Positions 49,741 to 60,121 of a DNA stretch of 64,000 nt are shown one piece after another (positions within the stretch are counted from its first letter, which is position 1; each line of letters opens with the position of its first letter). The notes beneath the pieces are model-generated. The model had not been told where the DNA came from. It saw nothing but the letters and a program-made list of their open reading frames with translations, and did no database searches. Source of the stretch: Pseudomonadota bacterium (GTDB lineage Bacteria > Pseudomonadota > Alphaproteobacteria > Rhizobiales > JANQQB01); contig JBCDLT010000007.1 of the NCBI GenBank assembly GCA_038745065.1, positions 11,320-75,319 of the forward strand, in the 5' to 3' direction. Position numbers and translations under genes: made by a program.

Positions 49741-50964
49741 ATGACCGACGACATGGTCCATGTCGCGCACTGGCATTACGGCGACAAATCCTGGTCTCCC
49801 TTTTCCGCCGAAGAAATGGCCCGCCGCCAGAAAGCGATGCGCGGATACATGGCCGACCATGCCATCGACGCGGTCCTTTTCACCTCCTATCACGGCGTCT
49901 GTTACTATTCCGGCTTTCTGTACTGTCAGTTCGGCCGTCGGTACGGATTCGTCCTGACCGGGGACCAGGCAACGACGGTCGCCGCGGCGATCGACGGCGG
50001 TCAGCCCTGGCGCCGCACCTTCGGCAACGCCCTGACCTATACCGACTGGCGCAAGGATTCCTATTTCTCCGCCCTGAAACAATTGATGCCGGGCGTCCGC
50101 CGACTTGGCGTGGAATTCGACCATGTCAGCCTGGATCTCAAAGAACAGCTTGAAGCGGCCTTTCCCGGCATTGAACTGGTTGATATCGCTGCGGCCTCCA
50201 TGACCATGCGCCTCGTCAAGTCGCCGGAGGAACACGCATTGATCCGCGAAGGCGCTCGCATCTGCGAGATCGGCGGACAGGCCGTGGTCGACGCCGTTGC
50301 CCCGGATGTTTCCGAACACGAGGTTGCGCTCGCCGCGACCGGCGCCATGGTGCGCGAGATCGCCGGCGCCTTCCCGTTCGTGGAGCTGATGGACACCTGG
50401 ACCTGGTTCCAGTCCGGCCCGAACACGGACGGCGCACACAACCCGGTCACCAATCGCCGGATCGAGGCCGGCGACATTCTGAGCCTCAACACGTTCCCGA
50501 TGATCTTCGGGTATTACACCGCGCTCGAACGCACCCTGTTCTGCGGCCATGCCTCGGACGCCCATCTCGACCTTTGGGACAAGAACTGCGCCGTGCACCG
50601 GCACGGTCTCTCGCTGATCCGCCCGGGCCGCTCCTGTGCCGAGATCGCGCTGGAACTCAACACGCTCTATCGCGACTGGGATCTGCTTAAATACCGATCC
50701 TTCGGCTACGGCCATTCCTTCGGAGTGCTGTCGCACTATTACGGGCGCGAGGCAGGCCTGGAGTTACGCGAGGATTGCGAGACAGTCCTCGAACCCGGCA
50801 TGGTCGTCTCGATGGAACCGATGATCATGATCCCGGAGGGTCAGCCCGGCGCCGGCGGCTACCGGGAGCACGACCTCCTGATCGTGACCGACGACGGCGC
50901 CGATCTCCTGACCACGTTCCCGTTCGGTCCCGAACACAACATCGTCCCGCTGCCCGCCGCGTAG
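49741..50964 (+). CDS. Creatinase (creatine amidinohydrolase)
   Basis: It is near-colinear with the creatinase sequence as I recall it: IDGGQPWRR, YTDW, ELMDTWTWFQSG.NTDGAHNPVT, GDILSLN.FPMI.GYYTALERTLF, FGYGHSFG.LSHYYGREAGLELRED, and VLEPGMVVSMEPMIM.PEG.PGAGGYREHD. GGAG lies 8 nt upstream of the ATG at 49741. Confidence 0.9.
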   Translation: MTDDMVHVAHWHYGDKSWSPFSAEEMARRQKAMRGYMADHAIDAVLFTSYHGVCYYSGFLYCQFGRRYGFVLTGDQATTVAAAIDGGQPWRRTFGNALTYTDWRKDSYFSALKQLMPGVRRLGVEFDHVSLDLKEQLEAAFPGIELVDIAAASMTMRLVKSPEEHALIREGARICEIGGQAVVDAVAPDVSEHEVALAATGAMVREIAGAFPFVELMDTWTWFQSGPNTDGAHNPVTNRRIEAGDILSLNTFPMIFGYYTALERTLFCGHASDAHLDLWDKNCAVHRHGLSLIRPGRSCAEIALELNTLYRDWDLLKYRSFGYGHSFGVLSHYYGREAGLELREDCETVLEPGMVVSMEPMIMIPEGQPGAGGYREHDLLIVTDDGADLLTTFPFGPEHNIVPLPAA

Positions 50965-50971
50965 CCGACGC

Positions 50972-51658
50972 CTATCCGGCGGCGCGGGCTTCCAGACGCG
51001 CAACGATCGCCTCTCGCGCATCGACGCTTGGCCGCACGGTTTCCCGGGCGGTCGCGACAATCGCATCCGGCGCCTCGCTCGGATGACCGGACGCAAACGG
51101 CGGCTCGGGCGCGTATTCCAGGTAAAGCTGAACGGTTTCCGCCGCTTCGCGGCCGCGCAGCGCTTCCACGACACCGAGCGCCATGTCGATCCCGGCGGTC
51201 ACGCCGCCCCCGGTCCAGATCGGTCCGTCCCGGACCACCCGGGCCTCGACCGGTTCCGCGCCGAGGCGCGACAAAAGGTGGTGACTGGCCCAATGGGTGG
51301 TCGCGCGCCGTCCTTTCAAAAGACCGGCGGCGCCAAGCACAAGGGAGCCCGTGCAGACGGAAGTGATGTATTTGACGGCCGCGGCCTGCGCGCGGATGAA
51401 GGCGAGCACTTCCTCGTCCTCCATCAGGGCGTTGACGCCCGGTCCGCCGGGCACGCACAGGACATCGAATGCCGGTGCGGTGTCGAATGTCTGATTGGCC
51501 TCAATAACCATCCCCGTCACGCTTTCGGTCGGTCCTGTCGTCTTCCAGACCAGCGAGACCTCGGTGTCGGGCAGCGTGGCAAAGACCTCGTAGGGTCCGG
51601 TCAGGTCGAGTTGCTGGACTTTTGGAAAGATCAGGAGTCCGACGCTGAGTGAGGCCAT
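50972..51658 (-). CDS. DJ-1/PfpI family protein
   Basis: IFPKVQQLDLTGPYEVF, DVLCVPGG and the nucleophile elbow SVCTGSLVLGAAGLL are present. Length is 228 aa. Confidence 0.85.
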   Translation of the reverse strand: MASLSVGLLIFPKVQQLDLTGPYEVFATLPDTEVSLVWKTTGPTESVTGMVIEANQTFDTAPAFDVLCVPGGPGVNALMEDEEVLAFIRAQAAAVKYITSVCTGSLVLGAAGLLKGRRATTHWASHHLLSRLGAEPVEARVVRDGPIWTGGGVTAGIDMALGVVEALRGREAAETVQLYLEYAPEPPFASGHPSEAPDAIVATARETVRPSVDAREAIVARLEARAAG

Positions 51659-51694
51659 AATCTGTTTCCTTCTTTGTGATGGAAGTCGAACGCG

Positions 51695-52984
51695 TCAGGT
51701 TTCCGCGGTCGAGTGCAGGACCGGCTGCAGGCCGAAAAAACCCACCGACACTGCCAATGTGTAAGCCGTCATCGCCAGGAACTGGCTTTCCAGCGTGATG
51801 CCGCCGTCGATCAGCCAGCCCATGATGCCCGGAGCAAGCGCGGTTGCAAACACCATTTGCGCCATCGCCAGGGCGCGGATCGCGCCGATGTGACGTGTCC
51901 CGTACAGTTCGGCCCAGATCGCGCCCAGCATGGACGAAGCGGCGCCCGCCGTCATGCCGAGCAGCGCCATGGCGACCGGCGCGGCGGCATGTGCGGAAAA
52001 CCCGGCCAGAACGAGCAGCGCGGCCGCCATTGGCATGAGAAAAAACGGCAGGAGACGCCGCGCGGTAAACCGGTCGACCAGAAAGCCGGTGACAAAGGCC
52101 GTCAGCACCGAGGCGACCGGATAGGCGGCAAAGCTGGCCGCGAAGAAGCGCAGCGTCCAGCCCTTGACCTCGACCAGATAGGCCTGATGGAAGATCACGC
52201 CGGTACCGATGAACGGCGAGGCGATCAGCCCGGGCATGAGCAGGTAGAACAGCGGCGAGCGCAGCACGGCGGCCCGCGTCCATTGGGTCTTTGCGGAATT
52301 GCCGGCGTCGTCATGCCCGGCCGCGTCGCGGGGCGAGGCCGGTTTTCCGGCCAGAAGCAGGGTAAAGACCGGGATCAGAACCAGAACCAGAAAACCGGCG
52401 GCCGTCAGCCAGGTCTCCCGCCAGCCGATCGCCAGGATCAGCGCCACCACGACGCTCGGCCAGATCGCTTCGCCGACGGGGTAGCCGAGGCTCGAAATCG
52501 CAAGGGCCTTGCCGCGATCCTTGTCGAACCAGCGCGCCGCCGCGGTCATGGAAATGTGCGTCAACATGCCCTGCCCGAACAGGCGCAACGCGAAAATAAC
52601 CGGAATCAGCATCCACCAGGCCGTCACCGACGCCATGCCGACCGCCGCAACAGCGAGTGCCAGAATGGTGGCGATGCCAAGCGTGATCACCCGGAAGTTG
52701 TCGGCCGTCTTGCCCAGCCAGATCAGCACGGCGGCGCTCAGCACCGTACCTGCCAGATAGATCTGGCCGAATTCGCCATGGCTCAGACCGAATGACGATC
52801 GGATCTCCGCACCGAACAGCGAGATGAAGAAAGTCTGTCCGAAACTGGAGGCGAAAGCCAGGAGAAACGTCGCGAAAAGCCAGGACGCCGAGCGTCGGAA
52901 GAAGGACAGGTCGATCATGTCGGGATCCGGGTCGTCGTGTTCGCACGGCACTGAAGACGGTAGAGACGCGCCCGGATTACCCAC
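51695..52984 (-). CDS. MFS transporter
   Basis: 12 predicted TM helices. The start is either the GTG at 52984 or the ATG at 52918 (MIDLSFF...), and neither has a clear SD. Confidence 0.82.
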   Translation of the reverse strand: MGNPGASLPSSVPCEHDDPDPDMIDLSFFRRSASWLFATFLLAFASSFGQTFFISLFGAEIRSSFGLSHGEFGQIYLAGTVLSAAVLIWLGKTADNFRVITLGIATILALAVAAVGMASVTAWWMLIPVIFALRLFGQGMLTHISMTAAARWFDKDRGKALAISSLGYPVGEAIWPSVVVALILAIGWRETWLTAAGFLVLVLIPVFTLLLAGKPASPRDAAGHDDAGNSAKTQWTRAAVLRSPLFYLLMPGLIASPFIGTGVIFHQAYLVEVKGWTLRFFAASFAAYPVASVLTAFVTGFLVDRFTARRLLPFFLMPMAAALLVLAGFSAHAAAPVAMALLGMTAGAASSMLGAIWAELYGTRHIGAIRALAMAQMVFATALAPGIMGWLIDGGITLESQFLAMTAYTLAVSVGFFGLQPVLHSTAET

Positions 52985-53139
52985 CGGCCGAACGTCAGAA
53001 TCGGGCGGAACGAGCAGCGTTGCGATCCTACAGCGCGTGGCAAGAAAGTGTCAGGAAACTTCGAAGTATTGCAAAAAATGCATACCTGTCATGCGGCCGA
53101 AAACCTTGTTTCCGACCCTCCTGGGATCCATATCACTGT

Positions 53140-53269
53140 CAGGCTGATTGAGACGACGACGGAACCCTCCCAGTCCCTAGTCGTAGCTGCCAGCTGTTCC
53201 CCTCTGGAAGGTGATTGCGCATTTTGCGCACACTCGACACTGGCCGGGCTCTTGCCCGGCCATTTTTTT
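53140..53269 (+). ncRNA. Candidate small RNA (boundaries approximate)
   Basis: A plus-strand intrinsic terminator lies at 53242-53269 in a gap flanked by two minus-strand genes. A promoter-like CTTGTT-N17-CCATAT lies at 53105-53133. C/U-rich CCCUCCC (53165-53171) and CCCCUCU (53199-53205) sit in putative loops. A small hairpin, TGCGC-auuuu-GCGCA, lies at 53216-53230. No credible ORF is present. Confidence 0.3.
53242..53269 (+). terminator. Rho-independent terminator oriented on the plus strand
   Basis: An 8-bp GC stem ggccgggc-tctt-gcccggcc followed by a, then T7. The reverse orientation has no U-tract. Confidence 0.65.
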
Positions 53270-53300
53270 GCTCGAGTCTCTCTGCGTCAGACGCGCGTCC

Positions 53301-54257
53301 TCACATGAACAGCTTTTCGTCCTGCAGGTCGGCATAGAGGTCGGCGACATAGTCGCCATAGCCGTTGTAGATCACGGTCGGGATGCGCTCGTCGGTGCCC
53401 AGCACCCGTTCCGTCGACTGGGCCCAGCGCGGATGCGGCACGCCCGGATGCACATTGGCCCAGAAGCCGTATTCCCGGCCCTGGATCTCTTCCCAGAACG
53501 ATACCGGCCGTTCCTCGGTGAAGGAGAGGCGCACAATCGACTTGATCGACTTGAAGCCGTATTTCCACGGCAGCGCCAGGCGGATCGGCGCGCCGAACTG
53601 CTTGGCGAGCGGCTTGCCGTAGGCGCCGGTCGCCATGAAGGCCAGTTCGTTGGTCGCCTCTTCGATGGTCACGCCCTCAACATAGGGCCACGGATACCAG
53701 GATTGCCGTTGGCCGGAGGCAACGTCCGGATTGAGGAAGGTCTCCATGCGCACATATTTGGCCGAGCCGAGCGGCTTCGCGAAATCGACCAGCGCTTTCA
53801 TCGGAAAGCCCGACCAGGGAATGGTCATCGACCAGGCTTCGACGCAGCGATGCCGGTAAAGCCGCTCCTCGAGCGGCATCTGTTTCAGGAGATCGTCGAT
53901 GGAAACGGTCTTTTCCGCTTCCACAAGCCCGTCGATGCGCACATCCCACGGTCGGATCGGCAGCGCCTGCGCAGCTTTGAAGATCCGCTTGTGCGATCCG
54001 AATTCGTAGAAATTGTTATAGGTCGAATTGATCTCTTCGGGCGTGATCGGTCGTTCGATCGTATAGGCCTCGTTGCGCGGCACCGGATACAGCGAAGCAC
54101 TCGGGTCCTCGTCGGCGGCACGCGCTGCGCGCGGCAACAGGCCGGCGCCTGCGGCGATCGCGCCGCCGGCCAGCAATTGCCGTCGGTTGAAGAACACGGA
54201 TTCCGGCGTTGCCCGGGATTCGGGCAATTCCCAGCCGCGGAATCGTTTGATCAGCAT
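53301..54257 (-). CDS. msrP: Protein-methionine-sulfoxide reductase catalytic subunit MsrP (YedY)
   Basis: The ATG at 54257 has GGAGGA upstream. The Tat signal is NRRQLLAGGAIAAGAGLL. NNFYEFG, RHRCVEAWSM.IPW.G and LPWKYGFKS.KSIV are MsrP signatures. Confidence 0.9.
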   Translation of the reverse strand: MLIKRFRGWELPESRATPESVFFNRRQLLAGGAIAAGAGLLPRAARAADEDPSASLYPVPRNEAYTIERPITPEEINSTYNNFYEFGSHKRIFKAAQALPIRPWDVRIDGLVEAEKTVSIDDLLKQMPLEERLYRHRCVEAWSMTIPWSGFPMKALVDFAKPLGSAKYVRMETFLNPDVASGQRQSWYPWPYVEGVTIEEATNELAFMATGAYGKPLAKQFGAPIRLALPWKYGFKSIKSIVRLSFTEERPVSFWEEIQGREYGFWANVHPGVPHPRWAQSTERVLGTDERIPTVIYNGYGDYVADLYADLQDEKLFM

Positions 54258-54454
54258 GATTTCCTCCAGAAAGAAATCGGAAAAGGACATCGTCTCGCGC
54301 GTGCCCGCGCAAGCTCATGCATGTTCCATACGGGAAAACGCTGAAGAATGCGTCCCGGATGCCCACAATCCGAATAACTTTTGCGAGAGGTTCCGATGTG
54401 GAACCGGATTTGCAAGCGGGGCGGTCGACATGCGATCGCCCCGCCCGCCCTCTG

Positions 54455-56521
54455 TCAGGCCGCCTCGCTCGCGTGCTGCTGCAGCACGTCATCGGCAAGC
54501 CGGCCAGTCAGCTCCGAAAGATGATCGAATTCATAGGAATACGTCCCGACACCGGCGGTCGCCGACCGCAATTCGATGATCAGGTCCTGGACTTCCGCGG
54601 CCGGCATCATGGCCTGGACCTCGTCCCAGCCGGACCAGCCCTCGCGGGCATCGAAACCCATGATCTGGCCGCGTCGGCCCGACAGGATCGCGTTGATCTT
54701 GGCCGTATCCTCCGAGGGGCAATGCACGCTGACCCGGTAGATCGGTTCCAGGAGCACCGGCTTGCACTCCGCCATGCCCTCGCGCATGGCGATCTGGGCC
54801 GCCGTCTTGAAGGCCTGGTCCGAGGAATCCACCGTGTGGTACGAGCCGTCGGTCAGCGTGACGCCGACATCCACGACCGGAAAGCCGAGTGGCCCGGACA
54901 CCAGATATTCCTCGATACCGTGCTTCACCGAGGGAATGTACTGCTTGGGCACCACGCCGCCGGTAATCGTGTCGTCGAAGGCAAAGCCCTCGCTGCGCCC
55001 GAGCGGACGGATATCGAGCACTACGTCGCCGAACTGGCCGTGCCCGCCGGATTGTTTCTTGTGACGGCCGCGCTGGGTGGTCTTGCCGCGAATGGTCTCC
55101 TTGTATGGCACTTTCGGCGTGCCGGTCTCCACCGTGATGCCGTACTTGCCGGTCAGCCGCTCAACCGCAACACGCAGGTGCATCTCACCCTGTCCACCGA
55201 CCAGCGTCTCGCCGGTATCCTGGGAATGCACCACCGACAGCGAGGGATCCTCTTCCGCGATCCGATGCAGCGAGGAAGAGAGTTTTACTTCGTCCTTGCG
55301 CTCCAGCGGCCGCACCGACCAGGCCATCACCGATTGCGGGATAACCGGCGTGAACAGCGCATCGAAGCCGGCCTTGCCGGTCGACAGCGTCATGCCGGTC
55401 GCAGCCGAATCCACCTTGCCGAGCGCCACTGTCTCGCCGGGCCCGGCGGTACCGGTCTTCGTCGCCTGCTGGCCGAAGACCTTGAACAGGCTTGATATCC
55501 GGTCGCTATCGCCGCCGGGCGTTGCGGCAATATCGCCTTCCGACACCGAGCCGCGCAGGACCCGGGACACCGACATCTTGCCGCCATGCGCGGTATGCAG
55601 CGTCTTCATGACATGCAAGAGCGGCTCGCCGTCTTCTTCCACGCCGAGCCGGTCGCGGGTCTCTGCAATGCCTGGCGCCTCATGCCGCAAGGCCTTCAAG
55701 AGGCGCAGGATGCCGTTGCCGTGCAACGCCGACCCGATGAAGACCGGGCAGATCTGTCCGGCGCGGGTCTCCGCCACCAGGTCGTGGAATACCTGATCGG
55801 CCGGCGGATCGATTTCCTCCAGCAATTGTTCCATCAGGGAATCGTCGTAATCGGCAAGCGTTTCCAGCATGGAAAACCGCGCCTCGACCTCGCGCGCCTG
55901 CTCGTCGTCGGGGATCGGGATGACTTCGCTTTCCGCATGCTCGCGATAGATATGCGCCCGCTCCAGCGCCAGGTCGATGAAACCCGTCGCTATGCCGTTT
56001 TTCCAGATCGGGATCTGGCGCAGCACCATCGGCAGGCTCGAGGCCGGCTGCAGAAATTCCAGCGTTTCCCGCACGCGGCTGGTCGCCTTGTCGATCTTGT
56101 TGAGGAACAGCACATGCGGAATGTTCTGGTCCTCCAGCCGCTTCAGGATGATCTGCAGGGCCGGGACCTTCTTTTCATCGGGTTCGCACACGACGATCGC
56201 AATGTCGCTGCCGGCCAGCACGCTGTGCGCTTCGAAAGCGAATTCGATGGATCCGGGGCAATCGACGAACGTGTATTGGTCGCCCATGAACTCCGCCGTT
56301 GCGACGTTGGCCTCGACCGTCATCGTATGGGCGCGGGCTTCCGGCGACCCGTCGCCGACGCTCGTACCCTGATCCACGCTTCCCGGCCGCGCCACTGTGC
56401 CGGTTCGCGCCAGGATGGCTTCCAGGAGTGATGTCTTTCCGCTGGCAAAGGGCCCAACAAGCGCTACGCATCTTGGGCCCTCAGCCCTGCCTCCCCCTGT
56501 GTTTCCGTTTCCATCGCCCAT
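54455..56521 (-). CDS. Elongation factor G-like GTPase (EF-G paralogue)
   Basis: The ATG at 56521 has GGAGGG upstream. G1 is GPFASGKTS, G3 is DCPG and G4 is NKID. The downstream EF-G domain II-V architecture is present (688 aa). Confidence 0.82.
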   Translation of the reverse strand: MGDGNGNTGGGRAEGPRCVALVGPFASGKTSLLEAILARTGTVARPGSVDQGTSVGDGSPEARAHTMTVEANVATAEFMGDQYTFVDCPGSIEFAFEAHSVLAGSDIAIVVCEPDEKKVPALQIILKRLEDQNIPHVLFLNKIDKATSRVRETLEFLQPASSLPMVLRQIPIWKNGIATGFIDLALERAHIYREHAESEVIPIPDDEQAREVEARFSMLETLADYDDSLMEQLLEEIDPPADQVFHDLVAETRAGQICPVFIGSALHGNGILRLLKALRHEAPGIAETRDRLGVEEDGEPLLHVMKTLHTAHGGKMSVSRVLRGSVSEGDIAATPGGDSDRISSLFKVFGQQATKTGTAGPGETVALGKVDSAATGMTLSTGKAGFDALFTPVIPQSVMAWSVRPLERKDEVKLSSSLHRIAEEDPSLSVVHSQDTGETLVGGQGEMHLRVAVERLTGKYGITVETGTPKVPYKETIRGKTTQRGRHKKQSGGHGQFGDVVLDIRPLGRSEGFAFDDTITGGVVPKQYIPSVKHGIEEYLVSGPLGFPVVDVGVTLTDGSYHTVDSSDQAFKTAAQIAMREGMAECKPVLLEPIYRVSVHCPSEDTAKINAILSGRRGQIMGFDAREGWSGWDEVQAMMPAAEVQDLIIELRSATAGVGTYSYEFDHLSELTGRLADDVLQQHASEAA

Positions 56522-56640
56522 GATCGCACCCTCCGTTCTTGATATGTTCTCCCGCACGCGATGCGACGCGACGCGTCCGGGATCCGTTGTTTGCCGCGCA
56601 AGAAAGGATGGTCTCAATGGATAGGGGACTTGGCAAGGAC

Positions 56641-56672
56641 AAATTGGGGTGCGGCGCAGCATGCCGCGCCCC
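56641..56672 (-). terminator. Terminator-like hairpin after the DUF992 gene
   Basis: A 10-bp stem ggggtgcggc / gccgcgcccc (one G-U pair) with a 7-nt loop. On the minus strand it is followed by AAUUUGU. Confidence 0.45.
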
Positions 56673-56724
56673 ACGCCTCCTGTGTTCGGCCTTTGTTCCC
56701 TGAATGCCGGGCTTTAGCGTTCTG

Positions 56725-57201
56725 TCAATTAACCGAAAGGCGCAACGAGGCGACACCGGCGGCGATGTTCAGGCCGCCCTGCTGGCTCTGCAGGCTGATC
56801 GGGTTGAGCGTGATCGACCGGTTGAAGCCGCCGATCAGCGCGGCGGCGCCGACGCCGACGCCGGCCGTCGCCTCGCCGGAGACGCCGACATAGGTACCGG
56901 AGAGCGTGCCCTTGTCGAAATTGACCGTCGGTGCGAACACGCCCCAGATCAGGAAGGTCTGACGGGCTTTGCCGATTTCGATACCGAACCGGTCGATCGT
57001 GCCGGCATAGGTCTCGCGGAAGCCGTCGACCCCCTTGAACTCGCAGGTCAGATCCTTCGTCGTAGCAACAATGAAGCCGCTGCCGCCGGTCACCTGGCAT
57101 TCCAGCACGCCGACCTCGACACCGCCCTGGGCGTGCGCGTGCGCGGCGGGCAAGAGGGTCGCCGCCGCAAGGCCTGCGAGCAGGCAAAAGACTTTTTTCA
57201 T
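56725..57201 (-). CDS. DUF992 domain-containing secreted protein
   Basis: A signal peptide is followed by VGVLECQV.GGSGFIV...DL.C.F and a Gly-rich C-terminus, typical of DUF992. Confidence 0.78.
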   Translation of the reverse strand: MKKVFCLLAGLAAATLLPAAHAHAQGGVEVGVLECQVTGGSGFIVATTKDLTCEFKGVDGFRETYAGTIDRFGIEIGKARQTFLIWGVFAPTVNFDKGTLSGTYVGVSGEATAGVGVGAAALIGGFNRSITLNPISLQSQQGGLNIAAGVASLRLSVN

Positions 57202-57372
57202 GTCAGTCTCGCTGATTGGGTTTAGTCAGGCTTCATATGGGCATGGACCGATGCTGGCCAAAACAACAAGCTGTCAGGGGCCGCAGCGCCTGCTTTCGTT
57301 GCGCCGCCCGTTCCCATTCCTGCCGTGTACCCTAGCTAAACGGCTTACAAGAACCCCGAATTGAGGCATATC

Positions 57373-58233
57373 ATGTCCATCGCCCTTCGTTTCGCCCTTG
57401 CGGCCGCCCTGTCGACATCCCTTCCCGGCTTCGCCGTTGCCGAACAGGCACAGGCCCGCGCGGTCGACGCTCCCTATGCCTCCAACACCTCGATCAAATG
57501 CGAGGTCGGCGAAATCCCGGACACCAGCATCCGACGCCTCGCCCATTGCGATTCCGCCCGTTTCGTGTCCTTCAGCGACGGCGCGCCGGAGCGCGACATC
57601 GTTCGCTTCGAGATCCGGCCCGAGGACGAGAAGATTTCCAACGGCAACCGGGCCGAATTGCGCGACATGCATGAGGCCGTCAACGGCCAGGAAGTCTGGT
57701 ACCGGCTGTCCACCATGCTGCCGGAGGATTTCCCGATCGATGCCACCCACCGCCTCGTGCTCGCGCAATGGCACGAGCGCCTGCCGGAGGGGACCCCGAG
57801 CCTGCGCCCGCCGCTGTCGCACCGGCTTTGGAACGGCCGTTTTGTCATCACCTTGTGGAACCAGGACATCATCGACGCCCGCGGCCGCAAGGGCGATGGG
57901 GAAATCCTGTTCGACCTGCCGGAACTGGAACGCGGCATGTTCCACGACTTCGTCTACCGCGTCATCTGGTCCACCGGCGAGAAGGGCCGCATCCTCGGCT
58001 GGAAACGCACATGCCCGGCCCCCGGCGATGATTGCGACGGCGCCGAATGGAAGCGCATCGTCGATTTCAACGGCCCCACCGGCTATGACCAGGCGATCGG
58101 CTATTATTTCAAATACGGCCTCTACACGGTGTCCGAATTCGACGCGACGTTCACCGCCTATCACCGCGACGCCCGAATCGGCGCGACGCCGGAAGAAATC
58201 GGCGCCGATCCGGTAAAGGGCACCATACAGTAA
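57373..58233 (+). CDS. Secreted polysaccharide-lyase-like (concanavalin-type) protein
   Basis: It has a signal peptide. NRAELR, AQWHE, PPLSHRLWNGRF and YYFKYGLY resemble the heparin-lyase-I-like 'Polysacc_lyase' family. The call is by eye. Confidence 0.55.
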   Translation: MSIALRFALAAALSTSLPGFAVAEQAQARAVDAPYASNTSIKCEVGEIPDTSIRRLAHCDSARFVSFSDGAPERDIVRFEIRPEDEKISNGNRAELRDMHEAVNGQEVWYRLSTMLPEDFPIDATHRLVLAQWHERLPEGTPSLRPPLSHRLWNGRFVITLWNQDIIDARGRKGDGEILFDLPELERGMFHDFVYRVIWSTGEKGRILGWKRTCPAPGDDCDGAEWKRIVDFNGPTGYDQAIGYYFKYGLYTVSEFDATFTAYHRDARIGATPEEIGADPVKGTIQ

Positions 58234-58283
58234 GACCGTTCAACGGGCGGCGCATGCCGCCGCCCGCCTGGGGCCGATCCGCG

Positions 58284-59711
<1,428 letters not shown>

Positions 59712-59714
59712 TCA

Positions 59715-59732
59715 TTTAACATTTTTGTTAAA
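59715..59732. promoter_or_regulatory. Perfect 7-bp inverted repeat TTTAACA-N4-TGTTAAA abutting the ArsR start codon (possible autoregulatory operator)
   Basis: This AT-rich palindrome lies in an otherwise GC-rich region. Its last base is the A of the ATG at 59732. Confidence 0.4.
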
Positions 59733-60121
59733 TGATGAACGAAGCCCTCTGCACAACCTTCGCCGCGCTCTCCGACCCGATCCGCCTGTCCATCGTCGAA
59801 CGGCTGGCGGAAAGCGGCGAATTATCGGCCGGCGAGATTTCCGACGCCTATGCGGTCAGCCGTCCGGCCATTTCCCGTCATCTGAACGTGCTCGAACAGG
59901 CTGGCCTCGTGGAGCGCCGCGTCGACCGAAAGTTCCGCAAGTTCCGGCTGCGGCCGCAGGCGGTCGATGACGCCCAGGACTGGTTCGACCGCACCGCCCG
60001 GTTCTGGGAGAGCTCGCTCGACCGTCTGGAAAAAGTTCTGGCCGAGGCCGGCTCAGACACGCCGGCCGTCCCGCCGCCCGAAGGAAAGGACAAAGACGAT
60101 GACCCCGCCTCCCAGACTTGA
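59732..60121 (+). CDS. ArsR/SmtB family transcriptional regulator
   Basis: FAALSDPIRLSIVERLAESGELSAGEISDAYAVSRPAISRHLNVLEQAGLV is a canonical ArsR winged helix. Confidence 0.88.
   Translation: MMNEALCTTFAALSDPIRLSIVERLAESGELSAGEISDAYAVSRPAISRHLNVLEQAGLVERRVDRKFRKFRLRPQAVDDAQDWFDRTARFWESSLDRLEKVLAEAGSDTPAVPPPEGKDKDDDPASQT

Noticed and set aside
59716-59731. TTAA...TTAA in the ArsR palindrome as a CtrA box
   Set aside because: The spacing is N8, not N7. It is better explained as an ArsR-type inverted repeat.
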